A stretch of 64,000 nucleotides of DNA from Synechococcus sp. GTDB lineage: Bacteria > Cyanobacteriota > Cyanobacteriia > PCC-6307 > Cyanobiaceae. The notes under the pieces are model-generated. The model was not told the origin of the DNA and ran no database searches. It saw only the letters and a list, made by a program, of their open reading frames with translations. The first letter of the stretch is position 1. Every line of letters begins with the position of its first letter. This document shows, in pieces, positions 52,423 to 62,956 of this stretch. Where the stretch lies: contig JBJBDC010000001.1 in NCBI GenBank assembly GCA_047285535.1, positions 2,624,136 through 2,688,135 of the forward strand. Reading direction: 5' to 3'. The translations under genes were made by a program, and so were the position numbers.

Positions 52423-53148
52423 TCAGGGTGCAAGCTTTGCCTTGTGAAGTCTTGTCTTTTCGTACCAAGTTGAAAATTCTGGTGTCCAGGCTTGGAGATG
52501 AGGCCACATCAGGTCGCAGAGCTCGCGGATCTCTTGCTGGGCATCGAGCTTTGCACGAAGATCCATGAAATGAAGGAAGGCTCGCAATGTGAAGCTCACT
52601 ACAAAATGTTGCCGATAATCAAATGGGAGAATTCCCCGAGCATGTTCTTCTGCAAAGCCAGCCTGGATTAATTCTTTATATCGATTAGCGCTGATTTTGC
52701 AATGATTCAAATCTTTGTTCCGCTCGATTTCGCTGTAGATGTATTTCTTTCCTTGACGATCTCTGTAATCGCCAACAGGACGCAAATAGAATACATCCTC
52801 AAGATCAAGTTCGCCAGCAGCAGCCCTGCAAATGCGATCGCCGGTATATCGCATGGACTGCACATCGAAGCTGATGCCGACACGATGTGTGCGTGCCTGT
52901 TGCATCACTGAGTGTGGAAACCAGCCCACGTTCAAAACGATCTGGGCATGCTCCATTGGACCATAATGTCCCCTTTCCCCTGCAAGTAAGCGTTTGACAC
53001 AGATCTCCCCTGCTTTGGTCTCATCGGGCCATTCTCCTCTATCTGCTGCAACGAAACCTTCGCTGTAATCCTGATGCATTCCTAAATACACGCACTGTTG
53101 TGGATTTGGAGTTGCGGAGATCAGGTCGACCCGAAAACGAGAGTCCAT
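52423..53148 (-). CDS. thyX: FAD-dependent thymidylate synthase
   Basis: GHYGPMEH, QARTHR..SFDVQSMRY, EHARGILP, LRA..AQQEIR. Confidence 0.95.
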   Translation of the reverse strand: MDSRFRVDLISATPNPQQCVYLGMHQDYSEGFVAADRGEWPDETKAGEICVKRLLAGERGHYGPMEHAQIVLNVGWFPHSVMQQARTHRVGISFDVQSMRYTGDRICRAAAGELDLEDVFYLRPVGDYRDRQGKKYIYSEIERNKDLNHCKISANRYKELIQAGFAEEHARGILPFDYRQHFVVSFTLRAFLHFMDLRAKLDAQQEIRELCDLMWPHLQAWTPEFSTWYEKTRLHKAKLAP

Positions 53149-53182
53149 AAGTTTCCTATTCGATCAACGGATCATGCTTGGT

Positions 53183-53728
53183 CTAGCTGTGGCTGCGGGG
53201 TCCTGGGCTTTTAAATGTCTCTGCCTGGGTAACAGTGCTGGTAGAACCAACGCCTGAAATCTGGGGCAACGGCTTATCTTCGATCAGCGCAACGACCAAC
53301 GATTCCAACTGTTCAATTGTTTTCGCCCCTATAGAGCGACCGCGCATGACGCCGTCGGAGTTAAACAAATTAAGTTGAGGAATCCCTGTGACGCCATACA
53401 GATCGACTAAATCCAACCAGCGTGGGTTGTCGATGTTGACCAGGACAATGTCCAATTGATTGCCATAGTTTTGTTCGGTTTGGAGCAGCGCTGGGGCCAT
53501 AGCTTGACAGGCCTCGCACCAATCGGCATAAAACTCAAGAATGGTGGGCTTGCTGTTGGTGAGGGCAATCTCAGGATCTAGAGATTGGCGGGCCAGCTGG
53601 TCGAGTGGAGCGTCCTGATGAAGTCCATTTCGAAGCAGAAATAACCCTGCTGCGAGGACGATTGCCGTGATTAGGAGAAACCCCTTCTGCAAGGGGGTCA
53701 GGGTGGCGGAATCGGAACGACCGGTCAT
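53183..53728 (-). CDS. Membrane-anchored thioredoxin-like protein (TxlA/HCF164-like)
   Basis: N-terminal hydrophobic segment, EFYADWCEAC active site, VTGIP. Confidence 0.88.
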   Translation of the reverse strand: MTGRSDSATLTPLQKGFLLITAIVLAAGLFLLRNGLHQDAPLDQLARQSLDPEIALTNSKPTILEFYADWCEACQAMAPALLQTEQNYGNQLDIVLVNIDNPRWLDLVDLYGVTGIPQLNLFNSDGVMRGRSIGAKTIEQLESLVVALIEDKPLPQISGVGSTSTVTQAETFKSPGPRSHS

Positions 53729-53847
53729 GCCGGGAAGCAACGAAGACTCGTACTTTGGCAGGCTGAAGACCTTGTTGTTGCTAGCGTTTGTAGCCAATTT
53801 GTTGTGGTCAGCATTCTCGTTGATTTCATCGATCAACCGTCGTCTCC

Positions 53848-54351
53848 TTGATGATGCCTTTGCTTCGCTTCCTGTTGCTGCCGTTGAGGGCGCCACTGCT
53901 TCTTGTTCTGTTTGGTGTTGCTGTCTTCCTTGGTCACCATTGGTCGATTGAGAGCGCCCATCTGATTGCGTTTCGCCATGTGCCGCCCTCGTTGTTCTGG
54001 ACGGTGGAAGTGTTGCAATCACTCGTGATTGTGCTGATCTGCACCATGCCTGATCTCCTTCTCCGCCAGTTGTCTTTGTTGATGGCTTCCAGTCGAGTGC
54101 TCAGCCTTTTAGCCACTCTTCTTCTTGTCATTACGGTTGGACTTTATGTGCTCAGTCTGAGCTTGCTTTCTGATGTCCTGATTTTGGCGTCATCTACTTT
54201 GCTGGCACGACTTGATCTCACCCGGATCAAGGTTGTGCCTCCTCCTCAAGTCACGGCGTTTTGGCTGGCTGCGCTTGTTCTTGTGGGGATTTGGCTAGGC
54301 CAGGATCTGCCGAACCCCCTTGAGTCAGCTGTCGCATTGGTCAGGGCCTGA
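53848..54351 (+). CDS. Hypothetical membrane protein
   Basis: Five to six hydrophobic segments (..ICTMPDLLLR..LLARLDL). Fills the gap between two recognised genes. Confidence 0.65.
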   Translation: MMMPLLRFLLLPLRAPLLLVLFGVAVFLGHHWSIESAHLIAFRHVPPSLFWTVEVLQSLVIVLICTMPDLLLRQLSLLMASSRVLSLLATLLLVITVGLYVLSLSLLSDVLILASSTLLARLDLTRIKVVPPPQVTAFWLAALVLVGIWLGQDLPNPLESAVALVRA

Positions 54352-56406
54352 TCCAAGATATGCCCAGAGATTCCCCAGCACTTTTTTTGTGTACAAGCGC
54401 GTTTCTGGATAAGGGATCTGTTCAACCCATAGCTCTGGATCGTTCTTCAAAACAGGAGTGACCCATTTGCTGGCGGCTCCGGGACCAGCGTTGTAGCTGG
54501 CGACTGCCAACCAGATGTTCCCTTGCCATTGCTCCAACAGTTGAGCGATGTAGCGGGCGCCAAGCGATGCATTGAGTCTTGAATCCCGTAGCTGATCTTC
54601 GGTGAGGGGCCTGCCGGCTAACTCTTCAGCTGTTGGTGGCATCAGCTGCAACAGTCCAATCGCTCCTGCCGCTGAGCTCACGCCTGGAGAGAAGCGAGAT
54701 TCCTGCTTGGCGATTGCCCAAAGAAGCTCGTCTCGAACTGACTCCTTCCTTGAGGCGTTTTGGATCACAGTTGATAGAAGACGAGGATGCTGACTGCGGT
54801 GCAGAAGCTGACGAATCTTGCAGTTTTCATTCACTAACCTCAGGCTGGCTCGCCAAAGACGACTCAGGCCAGTCCATGAGTCTCCGACAGCCACCCGCAG
54901 ACGACCCTCGATGAGCTGCTTCTGCGGATTCGCGAATGAACCGGATTGAGGATGTTGGCTCCGCCAGGTTTCCCAAGCTTCTTGGGTTTGGCCAAGCCGC
55001 CATAGACGATCCACGAAGGGATCCCCACTCTGCAAAGGTTCCCATGGGGATTGCTCAGAGTCGCTTAGATCTGAGCCTTGAGAGGCACTTGCTTCATTGA
55101 GCGCCGGCAGATCATCTCCTCCCAGCCTCACTTCGGCGCGCCATGTGTAATACCCCCTGGGGTGGGTTTTGATCATCTGCTCCCAGAGTTGCATCGCCTT
55201 CGTTGCTTGGCCTTGTTTTGAAAGAGCTAGGCCTAGCCAAAACTGTTGCCGTGCGGCCAAGGGTTCCGGTAGATCTGAGGTGGGAATGGCCTGGAGAAGA
55301 GTTTCGGCTCTGTGCCATTGGTCGTTTAGAAGGGCCTCGCGGGCTAAATCCCATTGAAGTTGCCATGCGGCTGGATGGTTTGGCCAGCGCTTGAGGATGG
55401 GGAGAGCATTGCTCACTTCACCCAGTCGGACTCTGGCTGCTGCGACATCGGCGGAGCGCTCTTGCAGGGTTTGCGGCAGGGCATTGAGGAGATTGGAATC
55501 CGGTTTCAATGGTTCGCTCAGCAGCGATGCTGCTTTGAGTGCTGCCGGATCGTCCGGGTTGTTGATGGCTAGCTCAAGTAATTGCCGTTTTCCACGCTCC
55601 TGCTGTGCGTCGTTTCCACTTAGCAAGGCCTTCCCAATCGCTAATGCGCTGGCTGGAGTTGTGGGTGTGCCCTGTAGGCAAGCTTCCGCCGAGGTGACGT
55701 CGCCGATCCTTGCGAGTCCTTGGGCGAGCGTGAGGCGATCGTCTTTATTCAATCCTTCACCACTGAGCCTGTTGCAGGCCTCCCTGAGTTGAGCAGCAGC
55801 GCCTGGCCAACGCGCGCCCCAGCGGGCTAGATGCAAGGCAGCTTTTGCTTGCTTTGGTGAATTCGTTTCGGTTTCAGCCGCTGCGGCTAGCGCCGCTGGA
55901 TGTCCTGGTTGGCGTTCAAACAGTTCTCTGTGCAGGGATGGGTTTGCTTGTCCTAGTCGATAGCGCGCGTCGGCACTGGCTGCACTGTCACCAAAGCGTT
56001 GCAGCAAGTCTTGCCAATGTTGCTGTTCCTGTGAAAGATGCCCTAAGCGTGCGGCCGTCAAGGCCTGTTGTTTGAGAGTGACGGCGGCCAGTGGATCATT
56101 CCCCCAGCCCTGATTCGCAAGCAAGCGATGGGTTCGTTCCGCCGAGGCCGGGCTTCGAGCTGCAAGCAAGAGGGCAGCTTCACGTCGATCACTGGGGTTC
56201 ATCGACCAGCGGTACTTGTTCCACAGGGCTGAGTTGGAGAGGGCTGGTGTCAGTGGAGTGTGCCGCTGACGCAGCAACGACTGTCCGCTTAGGACAATCA
56301 CAATCGTGAGGAGTGGAATCCCCGCTAGGAGTAGAAGGCCTCGGGAGTGTTGAGCGGTCAAACCTCGGCAGGAGACTGGTGGCATTCTGTTCGCAGCCGA
56401 TGGCAT
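54325..56406 (-). CDS. Soluble lytic murein transglycosylase (SLT domain)
   Basis: C-terminal IAKQESRF, AIGLLQLMPPTA, ASYNAGPG, IPYPETRLY. Helical-repeat N-terminus with a membrane anchor. Confidence 0.92.
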   Translation of the reverse strand: MPSAANRMPPVSCRGLTAQHSRGLLLLAGIPLLTIVIVLSGQSLLRQRHTPLTPALSNSALWNKYRWSMNPSDRREAALLLAARSPASAERTHRLLANQGWGNDPLAAVTLKQQALTAARLGHLSQEQQHWQDLLQRFGDSAASADARYRLGQANPSLHRELFERQPGHPAALAAAAETETNSPKQAKAALHLARWGARWPGAAAQLREACNRLSGEGLNKDDRLTLAQGLARIGDVTSAEACLQGTPTTPASALAIGKALLSGNDAQQERGKRQLLELAINNPDDPAALKAASLLSEPLKPDSNLLNALPQTLQERSADVAAARVRLGEVSNALPILKRWPNHPAAWQLQWDLAREALLNDQWHRAETLLQAIPTSDLPEPLAARQQFWLGLALSKQGQATKAMQLWEQMIKTHPRGYYTWRAEVRLGGDDLPALNEASASQGSDLSDSEQSPWEPLQSGDPFVDRLWRLGQTQEAWETWRSQHPQSGSFANPQKQLIEGRLRVAVGDSWTGLSRLWRASLRLVNENCKIRQLLHRSQHPRLLSTVIQNASRKESVRDELLWAIAKQESRFSPGVSSAAGAIGLLQLMPPTAEELAGRPLTEDQLRDSRLNASLGARYIAQLLEQWQGNIWLAVASYNAGPGAASKWVTPVLKNDPELWVEQIPYPETRLYTKKVLGNLWAYLGSGPDQCDS

Positions 56407-56410
56407 TGGG

Positions 56411-56614
56411 ATGGCAAAAGGACAGGGCTCGCAGCGCCCGGGAAGCAGGCAACGTCTCCGCTGTGCGATTGCCGCTTGTCTCGCTTTGCTGATCTGGGGT
56501 CTGCGTTGGCTTTGGCCATTTCAGCTCATTCCTGGTTGGCTGGTGGCAGCAGGGTTGGTTTGGGCGTTGCTCGAACTCACAGCTCTTTTGTTGGTTCCTC
56601 GCCGTTGGCATTGA
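56411..56614 (+). CDS. Small hypothetical membrane protein
   Basis: Basic N-terminus and two hydrophobic segments (LIWGLRWLWPFQLIPGW). Co-oriented with glmM. Confidence 0.5.
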   Translation: MAKGQGSQRPGSRQRLRCAIAACLALLIWGLRWLWPFQLIPGWLVAAGLVWALLELTALLLVPRRWH

Positions 56615-56679
56615 GCTCCTGCATTTCACTCAGGCTTCCCAGCGTTTCAGCCTAAAGTTCGGGCCACATTTGAGACGTC

Positions 56680-58071
56680 ATGGCTGAAGCCGAAATCCAG
56701 CCGTTGGGGCCTTTCCTGAAGCCATCACAGATCAGCTTTGGAACCGACGGATTGCGTGGTCGGGTCTCCACGCTTCTGACTCCTGCTTTGGCCCTTCAGG
56801 TGGGTTATTGGTGCGGACGCGTGCTTCAGGCTGAGGGTCCTGTGCTGATCGGCATGGATTCGCGCAGCAGTGGCAGCATGCTGGTGGCTGCTCTCACCGC
56901 TGGCTTGACGGCTTCTGGCAGGGAGGTGTGGACCTTGGGCCTATGTCCCACGCCTGCCGTGCCGGGATTGATTCGCCACTACGCAGCCGCTGGGGGCCTG
57001 ATGGTTTCGGCAAGCCACAACCCTCCTGAGGACAATGGGATCAAGGTGTTTGGCGCCAGTGGTAACAAGGTGTCTCCTGAACGTCAGCTGGCGATTGAAG
57101 CCGGTCTTTGCGGGACGTCTGAATCAGGGACCGAGTTGGCTGCATCGGGTTTCACTCACCATCGCCCTGAGCTGTTAGATCACTACCGCTCCAAGTTGTT
57201 GTCCAGCGTTGGGCAGCATCGACTCGATGGGGTACCCATCGTGTTGGATCTTTGTTGGGGTTCGGCGACAGCCTGTGGAGCTGAAGTGTTTTCTGCTCTT
57301 GGCGCCGATCTCACTGTGTTGCATGGCGATCCCGATGGGACCAGGATCAATGTGAATTGCGGATCCACTCATCTTGAGCCTCTGCGCCGTGCGGTGATCG
57401 AGAAGGGCGCAGTCATGGGCTTTGCCTTCGATGGAGATGCAGATCGAATGCTGGCGGTTGATGGCCAAGGCCGGGTGGTGGATGGCGACCACGTTCTGTA
57501 CCTTTGGGGCTCGGTATTGCAGGAGAAGGGGCAGCTGCCTGAACAGCGCTTGGTGGCCACAGTGATGTCCAATCTGGGTTTTGAGCGTGCTTGGCAGGAA
57601 CGTGGTGGTCTGCTGGATCGGACACCGGTGGGAGACCAGCATGTGCATGCAGAGATGGTTCGCACGGGTGCAGCGCTTGGTGGAGAACAGTCGGGTCACA
57701 TCCTTTCTTCGGCCCATGGTTTGGCAGGTGATGGTGTCTTGACCGCTCTTCAGCTCGCAACCCTCTGCCATGCCCAGCAACTCTCCTTATCCGAGTGGGT
57801 GGATCAGAGTTTTCAGGCCTATCCCCAGAAACTGGTGAACATCCGCGTTGAGGACCGCACTCTTCGAAAGGCTTGGACGGATTGCGCTCCTCTTAAGGCC
57901 TTGGTTCAAGAGGCTGAGACCTCGATGGCTAAGGATGGCCGAGTGCTTGTGCGGGCAAGTGGTACGGAACCGCTGCTGCGCGTGATGGTTGAGGCTGTTG
58001 ATCAAGCCGTTGTCGATCACTGGACCTCCCGCTTGGCGGGAGCCGCAGAGGAGTATCTCAACGCCTCTTGA
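56680..58071 (+). CDS. glmM: Phosphoglucosamine mutase
   Basis: FGTDGLRG, VSASHNP, DGDADR, TVMSNLG, GGEQSGH, RASGTEP. Confidence 0.95.
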   Translation: MAEAEIQPLGPFLKPSQISFGTDGLRGRVSTLLTPALALQVGYWCGRVLQAEGPVLIGMDSRSSGSMLVAALTAGLTASGREVWTLGLCPTPAVPGLIRHYAAAGGLMVSASHNPPEDNGIKVFGASGNKVSPERQLAIEAGLCGTSESGTELAASGFTHHRPELLDHYRSKLLSSVGQHRLDGVPIVLDLCWGSATACGAEVFSALGADLTVLHGDPDGTRINVNCGSTHLEPLRRAVIEKGAVMGFAFDGDADRMLAVDGQGRVVDGDHVLYLWGSVLQEKGQLPEQRLVATVMSNLGFERAWQERGGLLDRTPVGDQHVHAEMVRTGAALGGEQSGHILSSAHGLAGDGVLTALQLATLCHAQQLSLSEWVDQSFQAYPQKLVNIRVEDRTLRKAWTDCAPLKALVQEAETSMAKDGRVLVRASGTEPLLRVMVEAVDQAVVDHWTSRLAGAAEEYLNAS

Positions 58072-59002
58072 TCAGTAGTTCGAGGGCCAGAGTGAGTGCT
58101 CCAGAGCAGGCATCACCACTACGGTCCTCCCAGCGTGCATCCACCCGGCGACGGCATAGGGATGATTGCACGGCCTTTTGAAGTGGCATCAGATTCAGCA
58201 ATGCTCCGCCTCTGGCGCAGAGCACTGGTTTGGTGAGACCAAGGGATGAAGCCACAGATTGAGCGGCTTCCGCAAGGGCATCACCCGAGCGGTTGACAAT
58301 GGCCGCGGCCTGAACATTGCCGGCATCGGCGGCGGCGGACACGATTGGCGCCAGTTGGGCTAGCTGGGCTGGTTGGTAATCGGGATGTACGACGAAGGCC
58401 TTGATGTCTGCGGCTGTGCGGCAGCCAAGGACTTGCCACAACTGTTTGCGAAGTGGTCCATCTGGGAGGCGACCATCGGCCATGCGCAGGCTGAGTTGCA
58501 GACCCTGATGGCCAATATCGAAGGCCGCTCCTGCTCCGTCGAGTTTCCATCCCCAACCTCCACAGCGTTGTTCAAGGCCGCTGTCGTTGCGTCCAATCAC
58601 GATCATCCCTGTGCCACTGATCAGTACAACGCCGGCATCATTGGGGAATGCTCCTCGCAGGGCGGTACGTTCGTCTCCAGTGGCGATGCAATTCTCCTTT
58701 GGCAGCCTCAAGCTGGTTGCCAACAGATCTCTAGCGAGGCTCTGAAGCGCTGTGCCGTGTTCCACGCCGCTGGCGCCAACGGCAGCAGCGGTGATTTCCA
58801 GCCCGCTCGGATTTGCTGATCTCATGCTGGTGCGAATGGCCTCAAGGAATCGTGTCTCCCCCCCTCTGGCTTGTAGATGGCAGACGCTACTGCCCTTGCC
58901 CTCGCTGAGAGAGTGCCAGTTCCCGTTGTGCCATCGGCTCAGCCTGCAGCGGCAATGGGTCTGCCCAGCATCAAAGCCAGCCAGAATCAGAGCTTGATTC
59001 AT
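58058..59002 (-). CDS. BadF/BadG/BcrA/BcrD-type ATPase (N-acetylglucosamine kinase-like)
   Basis: GFDAGQT, ISGTGM, GGWGWKLDGAGAAFDIG. Confidence 0.85.
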   Translation of the reverse strand: MNQALILAGFDAGQTHCRCRLSRWHNGNWHSLSEGKGSSVCHLQARGGETRFLEAIRTSMRSANPSGLEITAAAVGASGVEHGTALQSLARDLLATSLRLPKENCIATGDERTALRGAFPNDAGVVLISGTGMIVIGRNDSGLEQRCGGWGWKLDGAGAAFDIGHQGLQLSLRMADGRLPDGPLRKQLWQVLGCRTAADIKAFVVHPDYQPAQLAQLAPIVSAAADAGNVQAAAIVNRSGDALAEAAQSVASSLGLTKPVLCARGGALLNLMPLQKAVQSSLCRRRVDARWEDRSGDACSGALTLALELLIKRR

Positions 59003-60309
59003 GGGTTGATCTGCTGGCTGTGGTTGGCTTGGTTCAGGGTTGCCAGGCAAAACCAACCAATGATTTGAACTTCTGGTCGGAAGAAAATGGTGTCTGTAGC
59101 GCCTTGAAGCAGCAGTCCGGCGATTGCCGCCAGGCAGGCAAGCCAGGGGAGAGCGAGGGAAGCTTCAGAGCGCAAAGCGTTGAGTCCACTGCGAATACTG
59201 GCTCCGGCCAATCCAAGAGCGGCGATCAGGCCTGGGATGCCTGTTTCAACAAGGAGTTCCAGAGGAACTGAATAGGCACTCAGGGCGTTGAACTTGGGCT
59301 GTTGGTAGAGGGGATAGACGGCGTTAAATGCGGCGTTTCCGGGTCCAATACCAAGCCATGGCCGGTCTTGAATCATCTCGATCGCTGCTAGCCACACGTT
59401 GATGCGGAAGTTGTTGGAGCTATCTCCTCGGCCAGCCAGAAGGCTTAAAACTCGCGTGCGGATTGGATCTACCTGCGTTACCGCAATCGCTAACAGCACG
59501 CCGGCCAAGAGGAACAATGCGATTGGAACGAGTCGCCGCCAAACTCTTGGCCAGCTGCGGATGGCTCGTAAGACGAGCAGCAGCAACAGCACGCCAAGGG
59601 CAGCCAGCATGCCGAGCCACCCACCGCGGCTGTAACTGAAGAATGTGGCAGTCGCTCCTAACAGCAGAGCGACTGCTGCATAGCAGCGTGATCCCCAGCT
59701 GCGCCATCGGATCAAAGCGACAAGTGCTAAGGGCAGAATTGGTATCAGATATCCCGCCAATAGATTGGGGTTTCCCAGTGGCCCGTAGATTCTGATTGTG
59801 CCCGCATTGATGGAGTTGGGATCGGCCCAGCGCGCCAGCTCCTCGGTTGGTCCGTAGAGCTGACGCAAGGCCATCACACTGCTGATCAATTCGCCGCCGA
59901 GCAGGGCGGCGACAAGTCGGTTCCACCACTCGGGGCGTGCGGACAGCAACTTTCGCATCAGCGCATAAACACCGAGGTAACTGAGCAGCTTGATCAGGCC
60001 TTTGGCTGCTGCGGCAGGCACCGGAGAGAATCCTGTAGCGAGTACTGCGATACCTAAAAACAGGAGAAGCCATGCGCTGATTGCACTGATCTCTTGAGGT
60101 TGGCTCACGCTGGACCAGAGAATCCACAGAGCTCCGCATGCCAGAACCACAAGCCCTAAGCCCGTGCGGCTGAGCAGGGGAAGTCCTGCGAGCAAAATCA
60201 TGAGGAGGATGCTTGCCCACCAGCTGAGGCGCTGGAGTTGTTGATCACTGGCAGGAATGAGGCCTTGCCAGCGCAGCAAAAGTGGAGGTGGGGCTGAAGC
60301 CTCATCCAT
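58999..60309 (-). CDS. ictB: IctB family protein (O-antigen ligase-like; historically called a bicarbonate transporter)
   Basis: [56 protein letters not shown]. Confidence 0.92.
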   Translation of the reverse strand: MDEASAPPPLLLRWQGLIPASDQQLQRLSWWASILLMILLAGLPLLSRTGLGLVVLACGALWILWSSVSQPQEISAISAWLLLFLGIAVLATGFSPVPAAAAKGLIKLLSYLGVYALMRKLLSARPEWWNRLVAALLGGELISSVMALRQLYGPTEELARWADPNSINAGTIRIYGPLGNPNLLAGYLIPILPLALVALIRWRSWGSRCYAAVALLLGATATFFSYSRGGWLGMLAALGVLLLLLVLRAIRSWPRVWRRLVPIALFLLAGVLLAIAVTQVDPIRTRVLSLLAGRGDSSNNFRINVWLAAIEMIQDRPWLGIGPGNAAFNAVYPLYQQPKFNALSAYSVPLELLVETGIPGLIAALGLAGASIRSGLNALRSEASLALPWLACLAAIAGLLLQGATDTIFFRPEVQIIGWFCLATLNQANHSQQINP

Positions 60310-61015
60310 GAGGTGTTAGTGCAGCAGCTTTTGAATTATCGACCTCATGCCATGCCATCTCGAGATCCCTTAATGGAGGGAGGGCCGTCAGATTGCGCTC
60401 AAAAAGTATGCGGTAGGTCTTCAGTCCATGCTTTTGGACATAGCGCTCTCGTTCTGTTGCTACGGGCAATGGGTTGTCGATGAGCCAAGGCAGGTGATCG
60501 TCTTGTGGGCGTAGAAAGCAGCTGGAGAGTTGAATGAGGGTCACCATGGGCTCAATGACTGCCAACACATCACTCTGTAGAAATAATTGCCGCCCGGGAT
60601 GGAGAGCTGAAGCGATGGCGAGCAAAAGTGCTGGTTGGAGAACTCTGCGCTTGCGATGTCTCTGCTTAAACCATGGGTCGGGGAACTGAATGCTCACCAA
60701 GTGCAATTGGTCTGGATGCAGAGCTTTCAGCCAATCTTCAAGGCTGATATTCGCGTTGCAAAATAAAAAATGAAGATTGTTTTGTTGGTGCCGGTCACGA
60801 TCGCGTTGGGCGGCTTGAACGAGGGGACGGCGGATCTCAACTCCAAGATGATTTCGCTGCGGTTGCATCGCTGCGAGCTCTAAGAGAAACAATCCTCGAG
60901 CAGAGCCAATGTCCAAATGGATTGGCAAGTTGGGATTCTCGAAAAGATCACAAGGTGGTGGTAGATCTAGCGGCAACTGAAAGAAGCGGCTAAGTGGATT
61001 GACGTGCTGGCGCAT
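60302..61015 (-). CDS. trmB: tRNA (guanine-N7)-methyltransferase
   Basis: [35 protein letters not shown]. Confidence 0.95.
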   Translation of the reverse strand: MRQHVNPLSRFFQLPLDLPPPCDLFENPNLPIHLDIGSARGLFLLELAAMQPQRNHLGVEIRRPLVQAAQRDRDRHQQNNLHFLFCNANISLEDWLKALHPDQLHLVSIQFPDPWFKQRHRKRRVLQPALLLAIASALHPGRQLFLQSDVLAVIEPMVTLIQLSSCFLRPQDDHLPWLIDNPLPVATERERYVQKHGLKTYRILFERNLTALPPLRDLEMAWHEVDNSKAAALTPHG

Positions 61016-62274
61016 CAGTCGTCAGAGGATTCCGGAAGCGGCTCATGGCGGAGTAAACCCCAGCAGGCGGTGTATCCATGCAGATAAGTGTTGTTGCTCA
61101 AAGGACCGATTTCGCCATTACAGAACGCGCCAGCGATTGGAAGATTAGGAAGCACATCGCGAGCGATCGAAATATCGCCGTTCGCTTCTCCAAATAGACC
61201 GCTACCCCTGCCAAGGCATGCGAAGAGCAACCCGCAGAGCGGTGGGGATAACGGGCTACGTTTTTTGCTGGCTTCCAGCAGCTGCCGTGCCTCCAGTCGT
61301 GATGATTGCGCTTCTCTGAGCTGGAACTGCACGTGTTGGCCTGGGCGCACCCTTTCAGCTACTGCGACAGCACCATTGCGTGGGTCGACCCCGATGAGAT
61401 TGCGCACCAGAAAGTCACTAGGGCACTCCTGCATGAGATTGCGACGCTCCACGCCAAGGAAGAGGGAGTGTTGTACGAGCTCTCGGTCTTCAGCATTGAG
61501 GTCGGCAAGCACCCGCTGTAAGCAGGCCACAGGAGTGTCGCGGCGATTGCCATCGCTGAGTTCCAGCAAGACGTTGCGTTGTGCTTGTTCGATCGCAAAC
61601 ACAGGTCCAATCGGTCGGCAGCCCTGGGCAATGACTGGATCTAAAAACCATTCACCTCCAATGCTCATACCAACAGCACCGTTGATGACATGTCCATCAA
61701 TGAGCAGGGAGCCGTGGGTTGCGTTGTGGGGTGCGGCAATTCCTCCGAGAATCGCTGCATTGGGATAGGCGTAATCCAGTCCGCTGATCAGATCATTAAT
61801 CACTCCACAACTGGGGTCGATGAACAGCAATAAGGAACGTGTGTCAGCAGGGTCAATGTCAACCCAATCTTGCCAGTGTTGCAGTGGGCCATCGAGATCC
61901 GGCAGATTCTCGGTATTCAGTTGAAAGGGGTTCAGTCGAGCCCCGGGGAGATTGAGGAACGTGATGCTGAGGGCTGTGGTCTGTTCCAGCTCCTGAGATT
62001 GTCCAGAACTATCAGTTCCGACCACCCCTCCTGCAACAAAGCCGATCCAGTGTTTGGACTGGAGTCGTTTGCATAAGAGCGAATGCAGACGCGGAAGGTC
62101 ACTCGCGAAATGGCTGGAGACAAAAAACAGCGCTAAGTCGGCTTTCTCCGAGCCGAGTTGGTTGGTGACATCTTTTGTCGCCTCTTCAAGGGACGAACAG
62201 CAACTGAGTGCTGTTCGGCACTTGGCTCGGGTTCCGGAACCTCGGAACCAGGCGAGGGGGTTGAACGGAACCAT
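61015..62274 (-). CDS. FIST-domain signal transduction protein
   Basis: [61 protein letters not shown]. Confidence 0.9.
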   Translation of the reverse strand: MVPFNPLAWFRGSGTRAKCRTALSCCSSLEEATKDVTNQLGSEKADLALFFVSSHFASDLPRLHSLLCKRLQSKHWIGFVAGGVVGTDSSGQSQELEQTTALSITFLNLPGARLNPFQLNTENLPDLDGPLQHWQDWVDIDPADTRSLLLFIDPSCGVINDLISGLDYAYPNAAILGGIAAPHNATHGSLLIDGHVINGAVGMSIGGEWFLDPVIAQGCRPIGPVFAIEQAQRNVLLELSDGNRRDTPVACLQRVLADLNAEDRELVQHSLFLGVERRNLMQECPSDFLVRNLIGVDPRNGAVAVAERVRPGQHVQFQLREAQSSRLEARQLLEASKKRSPLSPPLCGLLFACLGRGSGLFGEANGDISIARDVLPNLPIAGAFCNGEIGPLSNNTYLHGYTACWGLLRHEPLPESSDD

Positions 62275-62344
62275 GTTGAGGACCTTACCAATCTTGAGGG
62301 CTAGGTCGATGGCATCGATAATGGCCCCTTCTCGAACCTGCCTG

Positions 62345-62956
62345 GTGCCTGATCTCCCCTATCGCAATTTGGTTTGGCTTACGTATCGATTAGGAGCAAC
62401 CTTCGCTTTTGGGGTTCCGTTGGTATTACTGATCTGGGCAGGGGTCCGGCGTGAGCCAGCCATGGTGAGGCTGTTGGGTCTGTATTGGAAGGTGGCCAGC
62501 CTGCTTCCAATCAGTGTTTTGCTCCTCACCGATCGACGTCCGATCGGATATGTCACTGCTTTTTTGGCTCCTCTGCTGATGGCGGTTTCGGTTTGGTTCT
62601 GGGTGGATCTCAATGAAGAACTGGCCGACAGTGCTCCTGGCAGTGCTCTTCCCCTGACCATTCGAATCTGGCGCTGGGCTCTCAGCGGATTCGCCCTGTT
62701 TGCCGCTGGGATGTCGGCAACAGCGTTGCGCTGCGCCGAGCACTTAAGCGGTACTGATTGCCTGGCATGGTTGGAAGGTCCCCAGGGTCTGCATCGCGTG
62801 GCGGAGCGATTGTTCGACTTTGTGTTTGGAGGTCAGTGGAGCGTGGCGGTTGCAGCGTTCATTGGCTATGTGGCTTTAGTGGCTTATGTGGTGGGATTCC
62901 TTCAGTGGCTTTTGGTGCGGCTGCCGCGTCAGGGAAGGGTGGCTGGTGAGTTCTGA
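62345..62956 (+). CDS. DUF3177 family membrane protein
   Basis: LVWLTYRL..YWKVASLL..WFWVDLNEE..RLPRQGRVAG. GTG start inferred. Confidence 0.8.
   Translation: MPDLPYRNLVWLTYRLGATFAFGVPLVLLIWAGVRREPAMVRLLGLYWKVASLLPISVLLLTDRRPIGYVTAFLAPLLMAVSVWFWVDLNEELADSAPGSALPLTIRIWRWALSGFALFAAGMSATALRCAEHLSGTDCLAWLEGPQGLHRVAERLFDFVFGGQWSVAVAAFIGYVALVAYVVGFLQWLLVRLPRQGRVAGEF

Noticed and set aside
26724..52841. Scattered HIP1 octamers (GCGATCGC, e.g. near 26724, 38026, 41480, 52834)
   Set aside because: Only a handful were seen, which is not the strong enrichment found in HIP1-rich cyanobacteria.
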